Origin: Escherichia phage HermannAdler_Bas98
Direction: 5' to 3' (one strand)
Sequence record: PQ850608.1
Length of the DNA: 64,000 bases
Made by a program: the position numbers and the translations under genes. Position 1 is the stretch's first letter. Each line of letters begins with the position of its first letter. Positions 1 through 8,295 of this stretch are shown one piece after another. The notes beneath the pieces are model-generated. The model was given only the letters and a program-made list of their open reading frames with translations, was not told where the DNA came from and ran no database searches.

Positions 1-240
1 TTCATCATTAACCAAAATGATAATTATTCTGGCGAATTTGATGAACACAAGTGTATGCTTGGATTTGATTCAGCAGAAGAAGCGAAAGAAGCTTATCAGG
101 CGTCATTTGGTAACGGTTGGAACGGATTTGACTCAATCCACGAATTGGATGTCAACTCATTCAAGGAGTGGTTGAAGGGTGATTGCTCTCAAGCATATGG
201 AGCACTCAACAATCCTACTAATTCACCGAAGCAAGGTTGA
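1..240 (+). CDS. 3' end of an upstream virion gene, possibly portal protein C-terminus
   Basis: Frame 1 is open from base 1 to TGA at 238-240. It lies directly upstream of a Mu F/SPP1 gp7-like gene, the usual portal position. No diagnostic motif seen. Confidence 0.3.
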   Translation, partial: FIINQNDNYSGEFDEHKCMLGFDSAEEAKEAYQASFGNGWNGFDSIHELDVNSFKEWLKGDCSQAYGALNNPTNSPKQG

Positions 241-241
241 T

Positions 242-1093
242 ATGGCTTTTAAAGCTTCGAAAAAACGTGAACGCCGCTTACCCGATAGAGTCGGGCGCGG
301 CAGTCCGATAATCCCATCCAACGCAATCGCGATGGCCTATCGTCGTGAGATGAAAGGTCTTTGCTATGCGATGATTGACGACTATCAAGAAGGAATTGCT
401 GAGTGGCTTGAAAAGAAGCAGGTAAAAAAATTCTTTGCGCAAGACTCTGCTGATTCAACTTTTCAAACCTTGATGAAGCGCCTTCAACTGAAATGGGCAA
501 AAGCATTCGCCCGTGTCGGGTCAAAGATTGCCGCAGATTTCATCAAGTCAGTTGAAAAGGGCGCGACTTCTGCTACATTTGCAAGTCTTAAATCTGCAGG
601 AATAGAAGCGCCAAAAGCCACATATAATAAATTCGTTGAGAACACTCTTAAAACAAGCGAGACGTTCAACACGACTTTAGTGACTAAGGTTGGCGAGGAT
701 ATTCACAACAGGGTGTACGAAGCGGTGATGCTTTCGCTGACTTCGCCAGACCCAGCGCAACAAGGCACGTCCGGCATTCAGGCGGCATTAAGGCATGTAA
801 AACACTTCTCTGCAAAACGCGTAGACCTTATCGCCAAAGACCAAACGAGCAAACTTTATTGCGTATTAAGTGATGAAAGAATGCGACAGAATGGCGTTGA
901 GGAATTTGAGTGGGCGCATTCAGGAGCAGGAAAAGAGCCGCGAATATCGCATGAGCATGTCGATGGGATGAGATTCAAGCTTGATGACAAACGCTTATGG
1001 GAAGTAGGTGGAGAACTTAAGTTCAAAAAGGGTGACATCGGTCCTCCTGGATGGGCGATACACTGCAAGTGCAGAAAAATACCAATTATCTGA
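242..1093 (+). CDS. head morphogenesis protein (phage Mu F / SPP1 gp7 family)
   Basis: 284 aa. C-terminal RISHEHVDGMRFKLDD ... GWAIHCKCR resembles the Mu F-like minor head protein signature. The ATG at 242 follows the upstream stop; the track ORF start at 179 would overlap it. Confidence 0.75.
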   Translation: MAFKASKKRERRLPDRVGRGSPIIPSNAIAMAYRREMKGLCYAMIDDYQEGIAEWLEKKQVKKFFAQDSADSTFQTLMKRLQLKWAKAFARVGSKIAADFIKSVEKGATSATFASLKSAGIEAPKATYNKFVENTLKTSETFNTTLVTKVGEDIHNRVYEAVMLSLTSPDPAQQGTSGIQAALRHVKHFSAKRVDLIAKDQTSKLYCVLSDERMRQNGVEEFEWAHSGAGKEPRISHEHVDGMRFKLDDKRLWEVGGELKFKKGDIGPPGWAIHCKCRKIPII

Positions 1094-1100
1094 GGTCATT

Positions 1101-2021
1101 ATGACGATACCAATCAACACATTCCCTCTATCTGGACAAACTCCAGTCTTGCCTGCGGTGTATGCTAATGGCTTGGCAATTGTCTCAGAATTCACTTCTG
1201 ATAAAAACTTGATTGTTCCACTGAGCCCGCCGCTTGCATCAGGGTATAACTCAGTAGGTCAATTCTTTATGATTGGAAATGATGGCGATTCGACCAGCAA
1301 GCCTAATCTGACATTGTCTGTACCTAAGATGGACATCACAGACGTTCAAACTGGCTTGACTGCATCAACAATCACCATTGCTTTTGGAGAAGCGGTGATT
1401 ATAGGAATGGAGTCTGGAGGGTCCAAGAATGCTGTCGCCGTTAAGGTAGTCAAATCCATCGACAACCAATACACGTTACCAGCTGCGACGGCTTCCGTTC
1501 TCGGCGGCGTCAAAATAGGAAGCGGAATAAGCGTCGCAGGTGACGGTACAATTAGCGTCACCCAATACTCATTGCCGATTGCGTCAGCATCTACTTTAGG
1601 CGGCGTAAAGGTCGGTACAACTCTATCAATTGATGGTTCCGGTGTGCTTAACGCAGCGGAAAGCACCGTCCAGAATGCCACGAACAGTGTTAGCAATCCT
1701 CCAACCACTTTGGTTAATCTGGCGACCTTAAACCTTCCTGCAGGAAAGTGGCTTGTGACGGCAAGTCAGTTGACTGTCGCGACAGCAGGAATTCAAGCGA
1801 ATACCGGAATTACATCCAAATTGTCAACAAGCGATTCAGATATTACGGATGATGCATTTACGATGTCAGCTGGCATTCGGGCTGCAGGTCGTTTCGGCGG
1901 CAATATTCCAACAAAGATAATTACTCTTGCCGCTCCTGGCGATGTGTATCTAAACTATCAATGCACAGATGCGTTGACATCTACCGTTTACGGACAGATC
2001 ACCGCAATCAAGCTGAACTAA
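1101..2021 (+). CDS. fibre-like virion protein with tandem LGGVK(I/V)G repeats
   Basis: GAGG SD precedes ATG 1101. Two adjacent repeats (YTLPAATASVLGGVKIGSGISVAGDGTISV and YSLPIASASTLGGVKVGTTLSIDGSGVLNA) resemble tail/head-fibre repeats. The rest is Ser/Thr/Ala/Gly-rich. Confidence 0.55.
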   Translation: MTIPINTFPLSGQTPVLPAVYANGLAIVSEFTSDKNLIVPLSPPLASGYNSVGQFFMIGNDGDSTSKPNLTLSVPKMDITDVQTGLTASTITIAFGEAVIIGMESGGSKNAVAVKVVKSIDNQYTLPAATASVLGGVKIGSGISVAGDGTISVTQYSLPIASASTLGGVKVGTTLSIDGSGVLNAAESTVQNATNSVSNPPTTLVNLATLNLPAGKWLVTASQLTVATAGIQANTGITSKLSTSDSDITDDAFTMSAGIRAAGRFGGNIPTKIITLAAPGDVYLNYQCTDALTSTVYGQITAIKLN

Positions 2022-2031
2022 AGAGGAAGTT

Positions 2032-2169
2032 ATGCAAAAGATTATTCAGTCACGTTATGTTAAAGTGCGAAATATTAATTGCAACTCTTTGCTTTCTTGG
2101 AAATGGGCCGTTTACGACTCGATGTTAATTGGCGTTTTAGTTGCAGGAGTGCTATTTAATATTCACTGA
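2032..2169 (+). CDS. small hypothetical membrane protein (45 aa)
   Basis: AGAGGAAG SD 4 nt before the ATG. Hydrophobic C-terminus MLIGVLVAGVLF. Below the ORF-track size cutoff, read by hand. Confidence 0.3.
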   Translation: MQKIIQSRYVKVRNINCNSLLSWKWAVYDSMLIGVLVAGVLFNIH

Positions 2170-2196
2170 ATTCATCGGCAAAGGATTGCCGCGAGT

Positions 2197-2480
2197 TTTA
2201 TACGTATAATGACGTATCATCCGTATCAAGTAAGTTATTGTTTTCAAAAGAATCTTACGGATGATACGGATGATACGCGTTGCCGCCGTACTATATAGGA
2301 ATTCAAATAAATTAATTTAAAATTATATATCTAATTTAATTTTATTTTTTTATAAACTCTTATATATGAAAAGTATCCGTATCATCCGTATCATCCGTAG
2401 CACACCAGTGATAGCGCGGCTTATACACCGATACGGATAAAAATACGCCTCATTTTATCCGTATCATCCGTATCACACTA
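2197..2480. repeat. iteron/AT-rich element, copy 1
   Basis: The 9-bp unit ATCATCCGT (reverse ACGGATGAT) occurs in tandem at 2212-2228, 2255-2279, 2373-2400 and 2455-2476, with a degenerate copy at 2431-2447. These flank an A/T core at 2296-2370. The element is homologous in order and orientation to 54530-54782. Confidence 0.8.
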
Positions 2481-2532
2481 ATAAAGGCGCGGCTATATTG
2501 GTTGTTATACATATTCAAACCATAATTATTGT

Positions 2533-2561
2533 TTGCCTAAGTTTTTTTCATTAGATATAAT
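2533..2561 (+). promoter_or_regulatory. sigma70-type promoter for the scaffold/capsid operon
   Basis: TTGCCT, 17-bp spacer, TATAAT, about 24 nt upstream of the 2585 start. Confidence 0.6.
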
Positions 2562-2584
2562 ACACAATACTTATTTGAGGGTGG

Positions 2585-4006
2585 ATGCGAATGCAAACGG
2601 CACGCGAAATTGACAAAAATGGATTCTTGACGATTATGGGTTGTCCAATTTCGTCATTTGGCATTTTTGATTATTCTGCTGGTCAAGTCGGTCTTGATGG
2701 TGATCCGAATCGCATCGTAAAAGTCTATCGCCCTGAGTCAGCGGTGAAAGACCCCGAAGCGATAGATTCATTCAAAAATATCCCTTTCATCGACAATCAC
2801 GAAATGCTTTCTGGATTTGAAGGTGATGAGGATAACACAGCACCCGAAGAGTATGGAGTTGATGGCGTTCTGACTGGCAATGTTTATTATGACAAGCCAT
2901 GGATGCGCGGCGACCTTAAAGTGTTTAGCCGTCGTCTGAAGAAGGCCATTGATTCTGGAAAGGTTGACTTGTCTTTGGGCTATGACTGTGAATTCATCAT
3001 ACAGTCTGGAGAGTTTGACGGGCAGCCGTATGAAGTGGTGCAGACAACTCTTCGCGGCAACCACATTGCTCTCGTGGACGTTGGTCGAGTACCAGGTGCA
3101 CGGGTGCTGGATGGTCGTTGCTTTGACCATCTTTGTTTGACGACTGTAACACCATCCAACGAGGATTTAGACATGCCAAAACCGTTAAAAGGTAAAGCGC
3201 GTGATAATGCTGTTGAACAGCTGAAATCACTGATCCCTGCGCTCGAACAATTTCTGAACGAAGAGAGTACTGAAGCTGCTCATCAGGACGAAGTTGAAGT
3301 GAAAGCAGAAGAGAAGGACTCAACCGAAAATCGTGAAGAAGTAATGGTTGATCCAGAAGTCAAGGCAGAAGCAGAAGAAACCCCAGAAGGTGAAGAGAAG
3401 TTTGAAGTTGAAACTGAATCTCACGCTGGCGGCGAACTTCCGCAATTGATCAGCCAAATCGAAGCACTTATTGCAAAACTGAAAGGTGGCGCGGTAGGTG
3501 ATGAAGAAGAAGTTGAAGCCGAAGTCAAAGACGAAGAAGAAGTTGAAGTCAAGGCTGAAGATGTATCACCTTGCGACAAAGCTGAAGATGTGGTTAGCGG
3601 CCTGCAAAACAGCAACGTAAAGGGGGCTTCGGTCGAAAAAGATGACAAACCGACAAAAGCGGCGAAAGCGTCGCCAGGTCCAGCAAAAGGGGAACACTCA
3701 ATGGCATCTGATTCAGCAGTTGCTGCTTTCTACGCTGATTCTGCTCGTAAGAATAGCCTCTACCAGCGCCTGTCTAAAGTTGTTGGTGCCTTTGATCATG
3801 CAACTATGGACTCCAAGTCCGTAGCGAAATATGGCGCTAAAAAGTTAGGCTTGAAGTGCGTTGATGGTGCTGAGTTTGACGTGGTGGATAATTATCTGCG
3901 CGGCGTTGAGCACGGTCAAAAACAGCGTGTAGTCGCAAAACAAAAGGCCGCTGCGGATTCTGCAGCAACTGACGAAGCATTTGAAGCTTGGTTGAAAGGG
4001 GAATAA
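2585..4006 (+). CDS. prohead scaffold / maturation protease-like protein
   Basis: 473 aa. The N-terminal half (LRGNHIALVDVGRVPGARV) resembles the DUF2213 phage prohead protein family. The C-terminal half is strongly acidic with EVKAE-type repeats. It lies just before the capsid gene. Confidence 0.55.
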   Translation: MRMQTAREIDKNGFLTIMGCPISSFGIFDYSAGQVGLDGDPNRIVKVYRPESAVKDPEAIDSFKNIPFIDNHEMLSGFEGDEDNTAPEEYGVDGVLTGNVYYDKPWMRGDLKVFSRRLKKAIDSGKVDLSLGYDCEFIIQSGEFDGQPYEVVQTTLRGNHIALVDVGRVPGARVLDGRCFDHLCLTTVTPSNEDLDMPKPLKGKARDNAVEQLKSLIPALEQFLNEESTEAAHQDEVEVKAEEKDSTENREEVMVDPEVKAEAEETPEGEEKFEVETESHAGGELPQLISQIEALIAKLKGGAVGDEEEVEAEVKDEEEVEVKAEDVSPCDKAEDVVSGLQNSNVKGASVEKDDKPTKAAKASPGPAKGEHSMASDSAVAAFYADSARKNSLYQRLSKVVGAFDHATMDSKSVAKYGAKKLGLKCVDGAEFDVVDNYLRGVEHGQKQRVVAKQKAAADSAATDEAFEAWLKGE

Positions 4007-4008
4007 AC

Positions 4009-4626
4009 ATGACTTTCCAAACTAGTGTAGGCCGTCAATATACAACTGGCTTTCCTGGCGACATCGTTCGCGACGGCCCACAGCGTGGGAAGCCAGGTCG
4101 AATCGTTAGCGCCAACGATGGTGCAAACGTAAACGCCATCAGCCGTGTGTTCGGTTTTAAAGATGACGTATCTTTAATGGGTACTGGTCAAACCAAAACC
4201 TTGGGCGCGCAGGACTTTGAAGTTGAACTGGGCGGCACCAATTACTATGGCATCCTTGGCAACAGCAAGCGTTACGCTCTGTATGGCAACTCTACTGGTC
4301 CTTTGGGCGCCAGCATGGTTCTGCCTCAATATAGCGAAGGCGAGTTCTATGATATGTGCACGGGCCTCGTAGTTGAAGTATTCAACCCAAGCACCAGTCC
4401 GCAGACGCTGAACTACGGCGACCTGCTCGCTTATGTACCTAAAGGCATTTCCAGCGGTAACAACCCGAACAACTTGCCTATCGGTGCAATTATCGCCTAC
4501 ACTGGCTCACTGCCAACTGGCATGGTTGCCATTCCAGGCGGTATCGTGATTGACCCGACTGCTATTGCCCTTTCCGGCCCAAGCGTCCAGTCTTCCACTT
4601 ATACCACTGTACAATTGACTCGTTAA
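4009..4626 (+). CDS. putative head decoration/cement protein
   Basis: 205 aa between the scaffold and major capsid genes. ATG 4009 is preferred over the track start 3988. Assigned by position only. Confidence 0.35.
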   Translation: MTFQTSVGRQYTTGFPGDIVRDGPQRGKPGRIVSANDGANVNAISRVFGFKDDVSLMGTGQTKTLGAQDFEVELGGTNYYGILGNSKRYALYGNSTGPLGASMVLPQYSEGEFYDMCTGLVVEVFNPSTSPQTLNYGDLLAYVPKGISSGNNPNNLPIGAIIAYTGSLPTGMVAIPGGIVIDPTAIALSGPSVQSSTYTTVQLTR

Positions 4627-4640
4627 TAGGCAGGTGAATA

Positions 4641-5780
4641 ATGACTCGCATTAGCCAAACACACTCTCGCCTCCCAGCGAGCAAGGTGCGCCCTTTTGAT
4701 ATGCAATCCGTCACCGACGCGGCTGTTTCCCAGCTTGCTCGTATCGGTATTGTGTTTGATTCCGCGATTGTGCGTGATCAGATTGAGCACTTAAACCGTG
4801 CAGGCGCTTTTCGCGTAGGTGACGCCGCGTTTACTGCGCCGCAGACTACTCCGTCAATCCCGACCCCGTTGCAGTTCCTGCAGCAGTGGTTGCCTGGCTT
4901 CGTCAAAATCATGACCGCTGCTCGTAAAATCGACGAGCTGGTTGGTATTGATACTGTTGGTCAGTGGGAAGATGCAGAAATCGTTCAGGGTATCGTTGAA
5001 CCAGCTGGCACCGCAGTTGAATATGGTGATTTCACCTCTATTCCTCTGGCAAGCTGGAACGTAAACTTTGAACGTCGTTCTATCGTTCGTGGCGAAATGG
5101 GCATGGCAGTTGGTATGCTGGAAGAAGGCCGCGCGTCTGCGATGCGTCTGAACTCCGCAGAAACCAAGCGCCAGCAGGCTGCTGTATCTCTGGAAATCAT
5201 GCGTAACGCAATCGGCTTCTATGGTTGGTACAACGGGAATAACCGCACGTTCGGATTCCTGAATGATCCAAACCTGCCAGCGGCGATGACTTCCAACACC
5301 ACTTCCGGCTGGGCTACTGCGACCTTCCAACAGGTTACTGCAGACATCCGTTTGATGGTTCGTCAAATTCGTGTGAACTCTCAGGACCAGATTGATCCAG
5401 AGAAGGTTGACATGACTCTTGCGCTGCCGACTAACTCTATCGATTGGCTGTCCAACACCACTGACTTCGGTATTTCTGTACGTGACTGGATCACCCAGAC
5501 TTATCCGAAGATGAAGATCAAATCTGCACCGGAACTCAACGGCGCACTTGGCAGTGACCCGACTTTCTTGAACGTGGCATACCTGTACGCTGATCACATT
5601 GATTCCTCAATCGATGGCTCAAGCGATGATGGTTCCGTATTCAGTCAGCTGGTTCAGACCAAGTTCATGACTCTGGGCGTTGAAAAGCGTGCTAAGAGCT
5701 ATGTCGAAGACTACGCAAACGCAACAGCAGGCGTTCTGCTCAAGCGTCCTTTCGCAGTCGTCCGTATGACTGGTATTTAA
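4641..5780 (+). CDS. major capsid protein
   Basis: 379 aa following scaffold and decoration genes. Codon choice looks highly biased (ctg, cgt, ggt). A stable hairpin follows at 5806-5835. Size and position fit an HK97-fold major capsid protein. Confidence 0.7.
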   Translation: MTRISQTHSRLPASKVRPFDMQSVTDAAVSQLARIGIVFDSAIVRDQIEHLNRAGAFRVGDAAFTAPQTTPSIPTPLQFLQQWLPGFVKIMTAARKIDELVGIDTVGQWEDAEIVQGIVEPAGTAVEYGDFTSIPLASWNVNFERRSIVRGEMGMAVGMLEEGRASAMRLNSAETKRQQAAVSLEIMRNAIGFYGWYNGNNRTFGFLNDPNLPAAMTSNTTSGWATATFQQVTADIRLMVRQIRVNSQDQIDPEKVDMTLALPTNSIDWLSNTTDFGISVRDWITQTYPKMKIKSAPELNGALGSDPTFLNVAYLYADHIDSSIDGSSDDGSVFSQLVQTKFMTLGVEKRAKSYVEDYANATAGVLLKRPFAVVRMTGI

Positions 5781-5805
5781 TTGCTGTGATTACACAGTAA
5801 AACAC

Positions 5806-5835
5806 ATGGGGCGTGGTCGAAAGGCTTCGCCCCAT
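5806..5835 (+). promoter_or_regulatory. stem-loop after the major capsid gene
   Basis: ATGGGGCG ... CGCCCCAT, an 8-bp stem. No U-tract, so it is more likely an mRNA stabiliser or partial terminator. Confidence 0.45.
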
Positions 5836-5895
5836 ATCAATAGACCTCAAGGGCTGTAGGGGCTTATCTGAGGCTTATATAAATAGGACTACAAA

Positions 5896-6360
5896 ATGTC
5901 AAAATACATCGTTTCAACTATGTCTATGTCAGTTAACTACACTTTCTATACGGAAGTGAAAGAAAACCCGAATGCAAAAGCTGGTTCAGGCGCTCTTCCA
6001 AATATTCGCAAACAGATTCTAATCAAGGGCGGCGCTGGTCTTACTTCAGCAACTTCCGGCTTTGGTGAAATGGCAAAAGGCGCTGACGGTGCACCTTTGT
6101 GGACTCCTGAAGGAATCGTCACCGTTGTAAGCGATGCAGATTTTGAGCATCTGAAAGATCATCACGTGTTTAAGCAGCATCTTGAAAAAGGTTTGGTGAA
6201 AGTCGTAAATCACGACATTGTTGGCAATCACAAGGCCGTCGCTAAAGAAGTTCGCGGCATGTCAGACGACCCGTTTGCGCCTATGACGCGCGAAACTGCT
6301 GACAAGCGCATCAAGGTCAAATTGAGCGGCGACCAAGAAGATGATTTATTCCGCGTTTAA
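5896..6360 (+). CDS. hypothetical virion-module protein
   Basis: 154-aa ORF in the head module. No recognisable motif. Confidence 0.45.
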   Translation: MSKYIVSTMSMSVNYTFYTEVKENPNAKAGSGALPNIRKQILIKGGAGLTSATSGFGEMAKGADGAPLWTPEGIVTVVSDADFEHLKDHHVFKQHLEKGLVKVVNHDIVGNHKAVAKEVRGMSDDPFAPMTRETADKRIKVKLSGDQEDDLFRV

Positions 6361-6374
6361 ATAAGGTGAATGCC

Positions 6375-6830
6375 ATGTCATTAGATTACGAAAAGTTCAG
6401 AATTAAATTTCCACAGTTTGCTGATCAGGTCAAATTCCCTGACGCAACACTTCAAGTATTCTATGACATGGCATGTGAATTTATTGAATCACAAGACAGT
6501 CCTTGTCGTGTTTTAAATGGCAGTAAATTGGAGCTGGCATTGGAATATATGACGGCTCATCTTTTATGCATAGCCGCAGACCAACAAGTGTCTGTGTCTT
6601 CTGGTGACGGAGTTGAACAAGGCGGCTTCGTGACTGGCGCAACAATTGGTGACATCACAGTGAACAAAGTCGCGCCGCCTGCGAGTGATGGCTGGGAATA
6701 CTGGCTATCAAGCACTCCATATGGCATGGCGCTGTGGGCGCTTCTTCAAGCACTGGCCGTTGGCGGCTTGTCATTCGGCGGTCTTCCAGAGCGTGAGGGA
6801 TTTCGTAAAATTGGTGGGGTGTTCTGGTGA
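6375..6830 (+). CDS. head-tail connector / head completion protein (DUF4054-like)
   Basis: N-terminus MSLDYEKFRIKFPQFAD resembles gp6-type connector proteins. Start may be ATG 6375 or GTG 6366. Confidence 0.4.
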   Translation: MSLDYEKFRIKFPQFADQVKFPDATLQVFYDMACEFIESQDSPCRVLNGSKLELALEYMTAHLLCIAADQQVSVSSGDGVEQGGFVTGATIGDITVNKVAPPASDGWEYWLSSTPYGMALWALLQALAVGGLSFGGLPEREGFRKIGGVFW

Positions 6831-7213
6831 GGATTCCTGGCGTAAACTTATATCGAGTTGCGACAAAGGTTATCGGTCGCCAACCGATTCAATATTACAT
6901 GTACAAGGGGCGCACCCTTGATAAGATGCGCAACTATGCCACTACATATGAAGAACCAATCACCTTACTTGCTTCGGTGCAGGCTGTACTTCGAAACCAA
7001 TACGTTGAGCTTGGCTTAGAGCTTCAAAAGAACTATGTCAAAATCTGGGTGGACAAAGACGTTGTTGACCTTGACCGCGACGCTTCCGGCGACTATTTTG
7101 TGTTTGGTGGCAAAACGTACAAGATGGAAGATGAAACGACATGGTTTGACCAAGATGGTTGGACGTCTTGCCTTGCCGTGGAAGTAAAACAAAGCTTTCC
7201 AGTGTCTACTTGA
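6827..7213 (+). CDS. hypothetical head-tail joining protein
   Basis: 128 aa. GTGA start/stop overlap with the upstream gene. Assigned by position only. Confidence 0.4.
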   Translation: MRIPGVNLYRVATKVIGRQPIQYYMYKGRTLDKMRNYATTYEEPITLLASVQAVLRNQYVELGLELQKNYVKIWVDKDVVDLDRDASGDYFVFGGKTYKMEDETTWFDQDGWTSCLAVEVKQSFPVST

Positions 7214-7220
7214 GGTGTAT

Positions 7221-7796
7221 ATGACAGATGTCGACCTGATTGACATGCTGGCAACGCGAATTGAAGAAGGTCTGGCGGCGTATAGTCGTGCAGACCTTTC
7301 TGCTGTTCCGGTCCAGAAAAAATACCAACCGACTCAACAGGGCATTCCGACTGGTGATCAGATTTGGTTTAACCTTTTATTCTCAGTCCCATTCGGTTGG
7401 TCAATGAGAAAGAATGAATTTGTCAATGATGAATCTCAATTCGTTAATGGCAAATTTAAAGATATTGAAGATCAGATATATGCAACACGTTTTCAAATTA
7501 GCGGCTTATTTCCAGAAGTTCCTGGCAATCCAGAAAAGCCTACGGCTAATGACGTTTTGACTTATTTAGCAAGATTCATAACCCACAAGGCTAATTTGAG
7601 GGATTGGTTTAAAAGGCATCAAGCTTCAGTATATAGAGTCGACATGAACAACAATGAAAAGTTCTATGACGACATGTCTCAGTTTGAATCGTTTCCTTCT
7701 TTTGATTTGGTAATCCTTCACAGAAACGCAATTTCAATTGACACGCCTGCTGTTGCAAGAGCTGTTAATAACGATTTAGGCGATATTCCGGTGTGA
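7221..7796 (+). CDS. hypothetical head-tail joining protein
   Basis: ATG 7221 lies 5 nt after a TGAGG SD. The track start GTG 7215 is less likely. Confidence 0.4.
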   Translation: MTDVDLIDMLATRIEEGLAAYSRADLSAVPVQKKYQPTQQGIPTGDQIWFNLLFSVPFGWSMRKNEFVNDESQFVNGKFKDIEDQIYATRFQISGLFPEVPGNPEKPTANDVLTYLARFITHKANLRDWFKRHQASVYRVDMNNNEKFYDDMSQFESFPSFDLVILHRNAISIDTPAVARAVNNDLGDIPV

Positions 7797-7797
7797 T

Positions 7798-8283
7798 ATG
7801 ACAAAATCAAAAATGATAGAAAAACAGATAAAGGCGCTTCAATCGATGAAGGGTCTTACTGTTGAAGCAGGATGGTTTGATTCTACCAGATACCCTTCAG
7901 AAACTGGTGGGGAAGGAATGTTGGTGTCAGAAGTCGCGCGGCTTAATGAATTTGGTCACATAGCCGTTTTGAACTTTGGGCAAGGGCCAGTCAGGGTAGA
8001 AGTGCCACCCAGACCATTCATGAGATATGCCTATGAATTATTCGTTAGTGAGCGCAGTGAAATAGAGAATAAAATTGCTAAAAAGATTTTTTCCGGTAAA
8101 ATAGACGCTAGACAGGCATTAGGTCAGATTGGGCTTGCGATGGAAGCAAAGATTGTCGAATCAATTAAAAACGGACCTTGGCAAAGAAACGCCAGATATA
8201 CCGTGCGTGTGAAAGGATTCGACAAACCTTTAATTCACAGCGGCCTTATGTGGCAATCTGTCAACAGCCAAGTCATTAAATAA
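7798..8283 (+). CDS. tail completion / virion morphogenesis protein (HK97 gp10-like)
   Basis: 161 aa. NEFGH ... VPPRPFMR is reminiscent of HK97 gp10 / Mu G-type proteins. It lies immediately before the sheath gene. Confidence 0.4.
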   Translation: MTKSKMIEKQIKALQSMKGLTVEAGWFDSTRYPSETGGEGMLVSEVARLNEFGHIAVLNFGQGPVRVEVPPRPFMRYAYELFVSERSEIENKIAKKIFSGKIDARQALGQIGLAMEAKIVESIKNGPWQRNARYTVRVKGFDKPLIHSGLMWQSVNSQVIK

Positions 8284-8295
8284 GAGGACACCGAC

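Noticed and set aside
1440-1700. Diversity-generating retroelement (template/variable repeat) in the fibre-like gene
   Set aside because: The two similar segments are adjacent in-frame protein repeats. No reverse transcriptase and no separate non-coding template copy is present in the window.
2197-2480. Possible CRISPR array (also considered for 54.5 kb and 55-56.5 kb repeats)
   Set aside because: The repeat units are only 9-11 bp, contiguous or irregularly spaced, and partly inverted. There is no regular repeat-spacer periodicity and no cas genes.
4854-5597. 247-aa minus-strand ORF inside the major capsid gene, and similar long antisense ORFs at 13729-14385, 22531-23124, 27362-27961, 34513-35067, 35510-35986, 45465-46055 and 55935-56465
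   Set aside because: These are shadow ORFs fully inside well-supported genes on the other strand. They lack start context and have odd amino-acid composition.
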